Part shown: in pieces, positions 14,127-27,627 of the stretch | Numbering within the stretch: position 1 is the first letter of the stretch | Layout: each line of letters starts with the position of its first letter | Translations under genes and position numbers: made by a program | NCBI GenBank assembly: GCA_964016885.1 | Contig: OZ024743.1 | Span: 249,798,001-249,862,000, forward strand | Direction: 5' to 3' | Source: Eledone cirrhosa | Taxonomy: Eukaryota | Length of the DNA stretch: 64,000 bases | Notes under the pieces: generated by a model | Seen by the model: the letters and a program-made list of their open reading frames with translations, nothing else | Database searches by the model: none | What the model was told of the DNA's origin: nothing

Positions 14127-14428
14127 CTTTCAGTCATCAGAATGAAAAAATCCTGGATTTTTTCATTCTGATGACTGAAAGCAAATTATGTTTGCTTTCA
14201 AGAAACCACTGGTAAATGAAATAATTATCTTATGTTGTTTATTACATAACTATATATATATATAAAAAAATAATTTCCGGCTGGTTGGTTGGTTCCACAA
14301 CTGGACAGTTGTTCATATATTGTCAAAGTTCTTTCGTCACACATTCTGTGACCTATTCAGTGACTGGGGATTCTTTTCTTTGTTTTGTGCCTCTCCTTTG
14401 TTCTGTCCTACGCCATCTTGAATCCCCA

Positions 14429-14471
14429 GTCACTGAAGAGGTCACAAAATGTGTGACGAAAGAACTTTGAC
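14429..14471 (+). ncRNA. Hammerhead ribozyme motif in an inverted repeat (14272-14521)
   Basis: gtca-CTGAAGA-g-gtcaca...tgtgac-GAAA-gaac-TT-tgac. The mirror copy at 14322-14364 has a mutated core (CTGAATA). Confidence 0.8.
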
Positions 14472-14556
14472 AATATATGAACAACCGTCCGGTTGTGGAG
14501 CCAACCAACCAGCCGGAAATTTATTAAAAAAATGAAAAAAAAAAAAATTTTTTTAA

Positions 14557-14590
<34 letters not shown>

Positions 14591-14812
14591 GGTCATGACA
14601 ACCTCCCTAGTGCTGGTGTCATAATAAAATGCACTCGATAGTCGCATGATTGTATGTAAGTGAATCATGTGCCACTGGCCTGTCTGCGCACTCAGTAGGG
14701 TGTGGGAGATGCAGGCCAACTGTGGAAGACTGTACCTCTAACTCGAGTACCAACCCTGTCTCCTGACAACCTGTCCAACCCAGTGGATGTTGAACAATGA
14801 TGATGATGATGA

Positions 14813-14915
<103 letters not shown>

Positions 14916-14928
14916 GCATATATATATG

Positions 14929-15095
<167 letters not shown>

Positions 15096-15572
15096 TTAAT
15101 GGTAGTATGATGCTTCCATAGGCGGTATGCCAGTTGAGCACTCTATGTTCTTACAGAGCAGAGTGTGATATAATATAAAACGAAGAATCAGTGATGCATC
15201 TGGACTCAGTTTATTGTGTGTTACAATTGTTTCGCCGGCAGATAGCTTGAGAGAAGATCATTGTATGGATCTGTTTGATTCTAGATCTGCAGGTTCTTTG
15301 GACACATGCAATACGTTCGGAACAAATTTTCTCACTATATATATATATGTATATATATATATGTATACATATATATATATATATATATATATGTATATTT
15401 ATTAAAATAACAGATTAAAGTTTAAACAAAGAATCGCTGCTTTCACCCTTAATGGGATCTTCTAGGGTTCTTATATATTTGATATATATTTATCCTTATC
15501 AAGCCCTCTTTGAATTTTAGCCTTGACATTTATTATTATATATATATATGTATATATATGTATATATATATG

Positions 15573-15631
<59 letters not shown>

Positions 15632-16103
15632 ATAGAGAAAAACAAAATAAATTAAAATAATAAATAAAGATAAACATGCTGCAAATGAAAAACAACAATG
15701 AACAAAACAAAAATAAACATAAATAAAATAGAAAAATAAATACATAAACAAAAATTAAAAAGAAAGATTAAATAAATAAATAAATACGAAAACATTCCAC
15801 TGACAAATATTTTCAAAATTAATAGATAAAAAATGGAAGAAAGAAAAGAAATGATCCTTTCCCCCCCCCAAATAGTAATAACAATAATGGTAATGATTTT
15901 ATTTATATGTCACAAAGGCGCAGTATGGTGGAACATAATAATAATAATAATAATGGTTTCTGATTTAGGCACAGGGCTAATGATTTTTGGGGAAAGGAAA
16001 AGTCGATTAAATCGACCCCAATGCATTACTGGTACTTTATTTTATCGACTCTGTAAAAGATGAAAGGCAAAGTCAACCTTGGTGAGATTTAATAATAATG
16101 AGA

Positions 16104-16137
<34 letters not shown>

Positions 16138-16139
<2 letters not shown>

Positions 16140-16431
16140 TCCAGTGGTTGTCGGCGCTCTAGGAATGATACCTAAGGGGTCTAATGATTACTTATCCCAA
16201 ATCCCAGGAAACCCGCGTATAGGAGAAATACAAAAGATAGTACTAATGGGAACTGCCCATATACTAAGGAAGATTCTGTCAATATAAGTACATCACAAGC
16301 CTAAACACCTAAAGATGCATGTGTGTGTATGTATGTTCTTTCTTGAACATGGCGGACCTTGTTGTCTCTTGAGGTCACTGGTTGTGACTTGGTGATAACT
16401 CGTATGAACATAAAGCAAGATAAATGCAACT

Positions 16432-16432
<1 letters not shown>
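16138..16432 (+). mobile_element. 3' end of an R4/Dong-clade LINE inserted in (TAA)n
   Basis: IPVVVGALGMIPKG...EIQKIVLMGTAHILRKILSI* with (TAA)n tracts on both sides. Confidence 0.8.
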
Positions 16433-16477
<45 letters not shown>

Positions 16478-18792
16478 GGATAAATAATTTAAATGTAGGC
16501 ACAATGTCAGTTATTTTAATGAAGGCCAGTGATTAAATCAAACTCAGTACTTTACTGGTACTTTATTTTATTAACTTTAGAAGGATGAAAGGCAAACTTG
16601 GCATCAGAATGTAAAGAAGCAGAACAAATACTATAATTGTTTCTACTTTAGGCACAAGGCCAGCAATTACCAGTGCATTACTGGTACTTTATTTTATCGA
16701 CCCCGTAAGGATGAAAGGCAAAGTCAACCTCGGCGGGATTTGAACTCAGATGGTAAAGGGACGTAACTATGCTGGAAAGCACAAATACTATAATGCATTT
16801 TGTTTGGCTTCTAATGATTCTGTCAATCAACCACCATAAATAATAATAATAATTGTTTCTACTTTTGGCACAAGGCCAGCAATTACCCAGTGCATTTATT
16901 TTAATATAAATAATAATGATAATGATTTCTAGTATAGCCCAAGGCCAGTAATTTGGGGGGAGGGGAAAGTCGATTAAATCGACTCCAGTACGTGACTGGT
17001 ACTTTATTTTATTGACCCTGTAAGGATGAAAGGCAAAGTTAACCTCGGCAGGATTTGAACTCAGATCATAAAGGGCCGTAACGCTACGCTGCAAAGCATG
17101 GTGTCCGACCCTCTACCGATACTGTCAATTCATCACCCTTTTTAATAATAATGATAATAATAATTGTTTCTTCTTTTAGCATGAGACCAGCAATTATCCC
17201 AGTGCATTACTGGTTCTTTATTTTATCGACCCCGTAAGGATGAAAGGCAAAGTTAACCTCGACGGGATTTGAACTCGGACCGTAAAGTTCAAATCCCGTC
17301 GAGGTTAACTTTACCTTTCATCCTTACGGGGTCGATAAAATAAAGTACCAGTAATGCACTGGGATAATTGCTGGTCTCATGCTAAAAGAAGAAAAAAATA
17401 TTATTATCATTATTATTAAAAAGGGGTGATAATGATAATAATGGCAAAGAAGTAAAAAAATATATGGTTCTGTTCTTATGGTAGTGGCAGTGGTAAAATG
17501 TATGAAGGATATCACTCTAATAATGTCCAGGTAAAAACAACTGTTCTTCTCCAACCCCAAACCCAGTCACATCTTACAGATATCTGTTATGGAGGCATAT
17601 TGCCTACATCTTACAGATATGTGTTATGGAGGCATATTGCCTACATCATCTTCAATAGACTGCATGAATAGTGCAAGCTATCTATCTATCTCTCTATCTA
17701 TCTATATGTATATGATATGCAAATGTTATATGTATTATGTTTTGCATAAATAATTGCTAATTAACTGTTTCTGATTAACTTATTGTTTACATATACATGT
17801 ACCATTATCACCTGTCTAGAAATATATGTAGAAATTACAGAATGGATTTAAGTTGTTAACCTTGGTTTTTCTTCATTTTAAATATATATATATATATATT
17901 GTTATATTTGGGGAGGGTCAAATTGTTATAACATTGCCAGATATAATAATAAAACAAACACACTGTGAGTGTGTTTTATTATTATATCTGGCAATATTAT
18001 AACAATATGACCCTCCCCAAATATAACAATATTTGTTTCAACACATGATTTCATATCAAAAACCTTGCAAAACACACACACACACAGATATATATATATA
18101 TATATATATATATTGTTTTTTGCTAATTTCCAATAGCCGAAATGCGATTCTCGCTAATTTATATTTGTATATATATATATATATATCACGATAAATTAAT
18201 GGAGCCATATATACATGTGTGTGTGAGTATATAGTTACTTGAATACAATTTTGTATAATGAAAGAATGAGCCCTTGATATGTAAACATAGAGGTTTTTAA
18301 CATTATTCTTTAATGACATCAAATTTTTGTGTACCCTTCACCGGCTTGACCTCTTTTCATAGCCAAAGTATTCTTTTCATTCAAAGTATTCTTCCCTTTC
18401 AAAACTTAAGTCTGCATTCCTCTACCCCTAAATTAAATTTCTACTACTACTATTCTATCAACTTGACCACTTACTACTTTTCTATTGGTCAATTCAAAAC
18501 CTGTTCCCAAACAGACCTATTATATTAAATCTTTGTTGGTTTTATTTCAATAAACAAATCTCATTATTTCTGAAGACAGCATATATATTGGAAGGTATGT
18601 ATATTTCCTCTGATAGTTTGTAATATTTTTACATAGATCTATATGATATACATACCATCACACATATATATCCTAGAAACGATTGTAAAATGATGAATTT
18701 TTTAATATAAGGAACTTGTTCTTCGTTTTTATTCATTGTTTTTATTAATTTATATATATATATATGCTTAAACTTTAATCTGTTATTTTATT

Positions 18793-18831
<39 letters not shown>

Positions 18832-19136
18832 ACGGCGATGAATTAGTTTTGCGGGGTTTTTGATATGAAATCGTGTGTCGAAACAAATATTGTTATACTT
18901 AGGGAGGGTCATATTTGTGTAATAATATTGCCAGAATTAATAACAGAACACACTCACTGTTTGGTTGGTTTTCACTTTTCGCTTCTGTGTCTTTTATATC
19001 GGTAATCTAATTTATTCGGTCCTCAATGTTGCCATTGACTGACCAACGGTAAAAAATAATACAGATACAATATAGACACAAACAGACTAAATAAAGATGG
19101 CGTAGAAAATACAATGCAACGGGAGGAAACAATAGC

Positions 19137-19178
19137 ACCACTGACGATGTTGCAGATGTGCAACGAAAGAACTTTGAT
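19137..19178 (+). ncRNA. Hammerhead ribozyme motif in the spacer of inverted repeat 18887-19084/19193-19387
   Basis: acca-CTGACGA-t-gttgca(gatg)tgcaac-GAAA-gaac-TT-tgat. Stem II covaries with the 5.2 kb copy. Confidence 0.8.
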
Positions 19179-20184
19179 AAACTATATATATGTGTTTGTG
19201 TCTATATTGTATCTGTATTATTTTTGACCGTTGGTCAGTCAATGGCAACATTGAGGACCGAATAAATTAGATTACCGATATAAAAGACACAGAAGCGAAA
19301 AGCGAAAACCAACCAAACAGTGAGTGTGCTGTGTTATTAATTCTCGCAATATTACACAAATATGACCCTCCCCAAGTATAACAATATATATACATACATA
19401 CTTCACACACAGTACACTCTGTAAAGTGGTTTATGTTGAGAAGGGAATCCAGCTGTAAAAAGCATGCTGTGAAATGGAAGGCATGATTAAAACATGGTTC
19501 CAATCTTAAACTGTGATAATCCACCCAAACCATACCATCATGGAAAACAGGCATAAAATGATGACAATGACAGTGATTATACCCCCTCCCCCCAAACACA
19601 CATATATATATGTATGTATATATATATATCATTTCCTACACAATGCTCATACACATACACACATATTCAGTAGTTCATTGAAGCATATACAGTGAACAAA
19701 GCATCAAACTGAGAGTGAGAGAGGGGTGGGGGGGGGGGGGGAAGAGAGAACTAATTATATTGATGTATGGTATGTTCACCTCCAATTACTTTGGCCATAT
19801 GTTCAATTAAATTGAATAAAAATAATAATATTAATAATAGATAAGATATAAAAAAAAATTAATTACACCTCCATAATATTATTTAATCCAATTATATTTA
19901 ATTTCTCTCTGATATTAATGGTGTTATTTTAGTTTATTTCTTTAAATATTAAAAAAGAAATTTCTTGCTAATCATCATATGGAAGTATAGAAGCAGAATA
20001 AATACATCATTTATAGGTGTATATATCAACATCATCACCATCATTAACGTTTGCTATTCCTGTAAAATCATGATGATGATGATATATATCTGCAAATGAT
20101 GTATTTGCTCCCCTTATGTACTTCCATAAGATAATTAGCAATAAATATGTATGTGTGTGTGCATGTTTGTATGTGTGTATGTAT

Positions 20185-20525
20185 CATCATTTCATCATCA
20201 TTTCATTTTACGTCCGCTTTTCCCTGCTTGCAAGGGTGGGACGGGAACTGATTCTGGCTTGATTTCTACAGCTGGATGCCCTTCCTAACACCAACCTCAT
20301 TTACAGTGAGTGCTGGGTGCTTTTTTGCCGTGGCACCTCCACGACCACTTTGCAGTGGAATGATATGGACCCCAGTCCCTATCATCTCATTTCTACAGCT
20401 GAGTAAACTGGAGCAATGTGAAATAAAGTGTCTTGCTCAAGGAAACAACACATCACCCGGTCTGAGAATTGAACTCACAACCTTTTGATTGCAAGGCCAA
20501 TGCTCTAACCACTAAGCCATGTGCC
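20185..20525 (-). mobile_element. Composite SINE: tRNA-like head plus RTE 3' UTR tail (second copy about 23195-23467)
   Basis: Head GGCACATGGCTTAGTGGTTAGAGC...GAGTTCAATTCTC. The tail is near-identical to the RTE 3' UTR at 10520-10690. Confidence 0.8.
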
Positions 20526-22506
20526 TCCATATATATTATGCCTCCATATATATAATGGGCTTCCACAGTTTCTGTGCACTAAATTCTATTCACAAAGTGT
20601 TGGCCAAATAGAGGCAATAGTAGAAGACAACCTATGTTATAACTGTATAGCTATTTTCTTCACCTTTCACAATCGTTATGGTCTGTCAAAAATGTTATCA
20701 TTTAGATTTCACTGAATACGAATGTAAAAGGGGAGAGAAGATGGCAAATGTTTGAAAATGCTTTGATTCCCACCAGAAATCAATTTTCTCTGTCAATAAT
20801 TGTTTCTACTTTTGGCACAAGGCCATCAATTACCCAGTGCATTACTGGTACTTTTATTTTATCGACCTCGTAAGGATGAAAGGCAAAGTTAACCTCGGTG
20901 GGATTTGAACTCAGACCGCAAAGGGACGTAACTATGCTGGAAAGCATGGCGTCTGACCCTCTACCGATACTGCCAAGCCACCACTCTGTCAATAATGTCT
21001 ATCTATCTATTTTTCTCAATCTCTGTGTGTACTCACAAATAGACACACATATAATTGTTTCTACTTTTGGCACAAGGCCAGCAATTATCCCAGTGCATTA
21101 CTGGTACTTTATTTTATCGACCTTGTAAGGATGAAAGGCAAAGTTAACCTTGGTGGGATTTGTATTTAGACCGTAAAGAGACGTAACTATGCTGGAAAGC
21201 ATGGCGTCCGACCCTCTACCGATACTGCCAATTCACACACATATAATGATAATGATGATGCACATTTATGTATGTGTGTGTGTGTATATATGTATAGTTA
21301 TAGATGCACATACACACACAGGTGGTTCATAAACACACCCCACAAACATAGCATTGTTGTTAGAGTTTAATGAAGAAACAAAATATTACGTCTTCCCCTC
21401 ATGAAACAATGTCTTCATTTGCTTGAAGATACTACTGATACTAAATAAAACCATGCTTTAGTCTTGTAAGGTAGTTAACCATGCTTTAGTCTTGTAAGGT
21501 AGTTAATTGTATGACATTGCACATACCAACAAATACACAGAAAGCCTCACAACTATGCATAGGCGGTCACAAACACACAGGCATATATATATGTATTTGT
21601 TGGTATGTGCAATGTCATACAATTAACTACCTTACAAGGTTTCTCTAGTATCAGTAGTATCTCCAAGCAATATATATATATATATATATAAATGTAAGTA
21701 TGAATGTATACGTACATACATATATGTATACAGACGTACAGTAGTATGTATATATATACACACATGCACACTGTGTCAGTGTTGAACAAAAGGGCGACGA
21801 TGGTTGCTTGAACACTGTATGGCGTAATTCGGGCTGTTTGTTTACAAACAAACAAACCGAGCATTATAATAAATGTTCGGTAAACCGATACGTACATATA
21901 TTTATGTGTGCATGTGTGTATATATATACATACTACTGTACGTCTGTATATATATATGTATGTACGTATACATTCATACTTACATTTAAGTATCAGCCAT
22001 ACAAAGAGTGAGAAATGAAATTTCGTTTCATTCTTTTCCATTTATATATATATATATATACATAAAATATATATACCTAAAAAATATATACCTAAAAAAT
22101 ATATACATATATGTATGTATAATATAGCCATTTGAAAAATGAAGGTCCTAAAAAAACAGTAGGTATATATTATCACAAATAAAATGATCTGTGCAAATAT
22201 GAAGTCAGACAGTAACCAATATTGCTGCATAATATCGTTATTATGTAAATATATGAATGTGTGGGTTGGTGATTATATATATATATATATATATGCATAT
22301 ATATATATGATGATGATGATATATAGATACATATACATATATATACATATACATATACATATACACATATATATACATATATATATACATATTTATATAC
22401 ATACATATATATAGAGAGAGATACATATACATATATACATATATACACATATACACACGTATATATATATACATATATATAGAGAGAGATACATATACAT
22501 ATATAC

Positions 22507-22539
<33 letters not shown>

Positions 22540-22759
22540 GTATTTACGTATCGAGAAAGAGAGAAAAAAAGGAGGGATAGGTGATACATATAGTTATTTG
22601 CCAAGTAGCGTATGCCAAAGGTGCTCGATACTAGTGCCGGCAGTATTAAATATTCGAAGTGTTAATATTTAGTGGGCTAGAGAGTTAGCAGAGCGTAAGC
22701 ACGTGGGAAAGTGAAAAATCGGAGAATAGACCGTTAAAACATGTTTATTTAAAATATCA

Positions 22760-22796
22760 CCTACGTACGTTTCGCCCAGTTGGGCTTCTCAAGGGC
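22760..22796 (-). ncRNA. Hammerhead motif with U3-A8 core variant
   Basis: cc-TTGAGAA-gccca(ac)tgggc-GAAA-C-gtac-G-TA-gg. Stem III region is palindromic (ACGTACGT), and stem I is short. Confidence 0.65.
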
Positions 22797-23465
22797 ATAA
22801 ACAATCACAAGTGTTCCTTATATAGTTCGGAAAGAGTTTTGGGGGTTAAGTCCACATCAAGATTCATTGTTCGCAAAAATATCTTGTTTTGATTTTGCAG
22901 CAGGTCAAGGGAGGTAACTTTGGCCGGTGTTAGGGCAGTCTTTCCCGGATAATTTTTGGTATGCAGGGATTGTTTTCTGGGTGTTATTTTGCTGCGCCTG
23001 CCGGCCGGGGTGTTAAGACTTGTTGCAGGGAGATCCAGTGTGCTATTTCACTCTTCATTCTTAACCCATCTAAAGAAGGATATTTTTAAGCGATGTGTAC
23101 AACTTATCGCTGTTTCATATATATACATATATATATACATATATATATATACATATATATATATACATACATATATATATATATTCATTTTCATCATTTC
23201 ATTTCACATCCGCTTTTTCCCTGCTTGCAAGGGTGAGACGGGAACTGATTCTGGCTTGATTTCTACACCAACCTCATTTACAGTGAGTGCTGGGTGCTTT
23301 TTTGCCGTGGCACCTCCACGACCACTTTGCATTTCTACAGGTGAGTAAACTGGAGCAATGTGAAATAAAGTGTCTTGCTCAAGGAAACAACACATCACCG
23401 GGTCTGAGAATTGAACTCACAACCTTTCGATTGCAAGGCCAATGCTCTAACCACTAAGCCATGTG

Positions 23466-23568
<103 letters not shown>

Positions 23569-23588
23569 GTTGATGATGATGATGATGA

Positions 23589-23643
<55 letters not shown>

Positions 23644-23746
23644 TGTATATATATATGTATATTCATATATATATATACATATATATACATACATATATAC
23701 ATATATATATATACATATATATGATGATGATGATGATATACATATG

Positions 23747-23791
<45 letters not shown>

Positions 23792-23979
23792 ACAGGGAGA
23801 AGGCACCAGAGTACTTATTACTTAAGGTAGTAGCGTGGGTAATAGGAAAATGTATGACCCTGACGGCAGAGCTCAAGCCGTTTCGACAGCTATTTCTGGA
23901 AAGAAATAGCCGTTGAAAAGGCTTGAGTTTAGAATATATCCATCTGTACACACACACACACACACACACACATAGACAT

Positions 23980-24011
<32 letters not shown>

Positions 24012-24346
24012 GTATACACACCCCCACATATATATGTATACACACCCCCACGCACAACTATTGTGGTGGTGTTCATAAGATTTCCTTTACACATACACCT
24101 CTGATGAATTCTGAAAATGAAACATTGTCCCCAATGTCATGAGATTATATTTCAAATTTTCATTAGTGTGTAGTAATGTAGATTGAGCTGTTTCCACATT
24201 ATACAACAATATTACATTATACATATATTGTCTACACAAGGTTTGTGATGTTCATAAAATCAAGCACACTGTATCCAGGAGCATTTATTTACAAAATAGT
24301 AGCAATACTAAGTAGGCTATGAGATTTATAATATATATATATATAT

Positions 24347-26082
24347 ATCATCATCATCATCATCATCAACGTTTAACGTCCGTGTTCCACGCTTGCATGG
24401 GTTTGGACGGGGGTAGTCCCACTTGAGGCAAGAGTGATTGTCTGCTCGCATAGGACTGTCTGGCAGGTTTTCTACAGTTGGATGCCCTTCCTAACACCAA
24501 CCACATTTACAGTGTGGATCTGGGAGGTTTTTACCGTGTTGCCTACACGGCCACATTACAGCGTGGACTGTGTGTTTTTTTGTCGTGACACCTACACGAT
24601 CTCATTTGTTTCGGCCTGGATGGCGCGGCACCAACATAACTTTACATAGAACGGGGTGGTGTGGATGGGGTGGGGGTGGCGGCGGGAGGGGTGTATTTTG
24701 TTAGAGATGCCTACTGGCAAGGCGGGTCTTCTCTGTTACTGAGTACCGCCAAAGGTCACGGTCCAGTGACATTGTCTTGGAGAGGTGTAAGTGTGTGAGG
24801 TCGGAGTTTATCAGCTCATCCCATGTTTTTCTAGGTCTGCCTATTCCGTGGCTACCGTCTATCTTTATTGCCCTGCACTTTGTAATACAGCTATCGACTT
24901 TCATGCGCATCACGTGTCCATACCAACGCAGCCTTCTCTCGAGTAAACAACATCTGATCCCTCTTATCTCTAATTTTTTCCTTAGTTCGTTTATGCTTTG
25001 CCGTTCACGTATATTACTGTTACACATCCAGCGGAGCATGCAAGCTTCGTTCCTCTCTAGTCTGCGTATATCCTCTGCACACAATGCCCAGGTCTCACTA
25101 CCATGCAACATTGCTGTTCGTATGCAGGCATCGTACAACCTGCCTTTCATTTTTAGGGAGAACCCTTTAGCAGCTAATAGTGGTATAAGCTCTCTGAACT
25201 TTTTCCAACCAGTTCTGACTCTAGCTACAGTACTTTCAGAGCACCCTCCCCCACTGCTGATTTTATCGCCCAGGTAACGGAAGCTGTCCACTATTTCTAT
25301 AAAACCCTCTGCGCAATTGAAAGAGCTAGTATTTTGTGGGCACTTGCTGCTACTTATTGCACCAGAACACCGGCCACATGTAAAGTCTATGTTCTTAGTT
25401 AGCTTACCTGTGATCCCACTACATCTTTTATGCACCCATACTTTGCATTTAGGACATAAGATGGAGTTTCTACCTACGCCTTTCCTACATACCGAGCACG
25501 ACCATTTCCCAGAAGGGACCGCCGCCTTGTTTTCTTTCCTACAAACTAGAACTTTGGTCTTAGCCAGGTTAATTTTAAGTCCTTTTGACTCTAGGCCGTG
25601 CTTCCATGTTTGGAATTTCTTCTCTAGCTCGGCCATTGATTCCGCTATGAGTGTCAGGTCGTCTGCGTATAGGAGTTCCCATGGGCAGCCTGTCTTGAAC
25701 TCCTCTGTTATAGCCTGAAGGGCAATAATAAATAGTAGGGGGCTGAGAACAGAGCCCTGATGGACGCCAACTTTTACGCTAAACTCTTCACTATATTCGT
25801 TGTTAATTCTAACCTTGCTGACTGTTTCTTTATACATGGCTTGTATAGCCCTCACAAGCCATTCGTCAACGCCTAGTTTTCTAAGAGCCCACCAGATAAT
25901 GGAGCGGGGGACTCTGTCGAAGGCTTTCTCCAGGTCGACAAAAGCTAAGTAGAGGGGTTTACCTTTAGCTAGGTACTTCTCCTGTAGTTGTCGTACTATG
26001 AAAAGAGCGTCTGTGGTGCTTTTGCCTGACACAAACCCGAACTGCATTTCATCTAGATCAATTCTCTCTCTGATTAGTTGCG

Positions 26083-26085
<3 letters not shown>
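24347..26085 (-). mobile_element. Young 5'-truncated RTE LINE (RT C-half with embedded PHD-like finger); ORF 24701-26047
   Basis: Uninterrupted 448-aa frame with QFGF, FVDLEKAFDRVP, GVHQGSVLSP, YADD, CxxC..CxxC..HxxC..CxxC and RRLRWYGHV, followed by 3' UTR and (GAT)n tail. Confidence 0.95.
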
Positions 26086-26142
<57 letters not shown>

Positions 26143-26181
26143 GTACATATATCTACATATATGTACATATATCTACATATA

Positions 26182-26267
<86 letters not shown>

Positions 26268-26268
26268 C

Positions 26269-26323
<55 letters not shown>

Positions 26324-26334
26324 CATATATATAC

Positions 26335-26389
<55 letters not shown>

Positions 26390-26394
26390 TATAC

Positions 26395-26445
<51 letters not shown>

Positions 26446-26742
26446 ATCATCATTTTACGTCCGCTTTTCCCTGCTTGCAAGGGTGGGACGGTGTACATAT
26501 ATATATATATATATATGCATATATACATATATATGCATGTATATATATAGACATAACTATATGTATGTATATGTTGTGTATATATATATATATATCTGTA
26601 TGTGTGTGTATGTATATGTACTCAACTATATAAATACATAATACATGAATATAAATATTCAAAATAGGGAGTGCACAGGACAAAGGCAATGGAAAGATGG
26701 ACAGTTACATCAGTCAACCACTGAAAATCAGAATGGTTTCGA

Positions 26743-26810
<68 letters not shown>

Positions 26811-26927
26811 GTATACATATATATGTATATATATATATATATATGTATACATATATATGTGTATATATATATGTATATATATATATATGCATACATATAT
26901 ATGTGTATATATATATATGTATACATA

Positions 26928-27005
<78 letters not shown>

Positions 27006-27065
27006 TATGTGTGTATATATATATATATATATGTATAAATATATATATATGTATATGTATATATG

Positions 27066-27161
<96 letters not shown>

Positions 27162-27392
27162 ATGTATATATATATGTATAAATATATATGTATGTATATA
27201 TATGTATATATATATAAATTTATGTATATATATGCATATATGTATATATATATATATATATATATGTATACATATATATGTATATATATATGTAAAAATA
27301 TATATTTGTATATTTATGCATATATATGTATATGTATATATACATGTATATATATATATATATATGTATGTATATATATATATATGTATATG

Positions 27393-27426
<34 letters not shown>

Positions 27427-27546
27427 TATGTATATGTATATATATATACATATATATATATATATACATACATATATGTATATATATATATGTATATATA
27501 TACATACATATATGTATATATATGTGTATGTATATATATATATATG

Positions 27547-27621
<75 letters not shown>

Positions 27622-27627
<6 letters not shown>

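Noticed and set aside
20455-20525. Functional tRNA gene
   Set aside because: A and B boxes are present but the stems are imperfect, and it is fused to a repeated SINE body.
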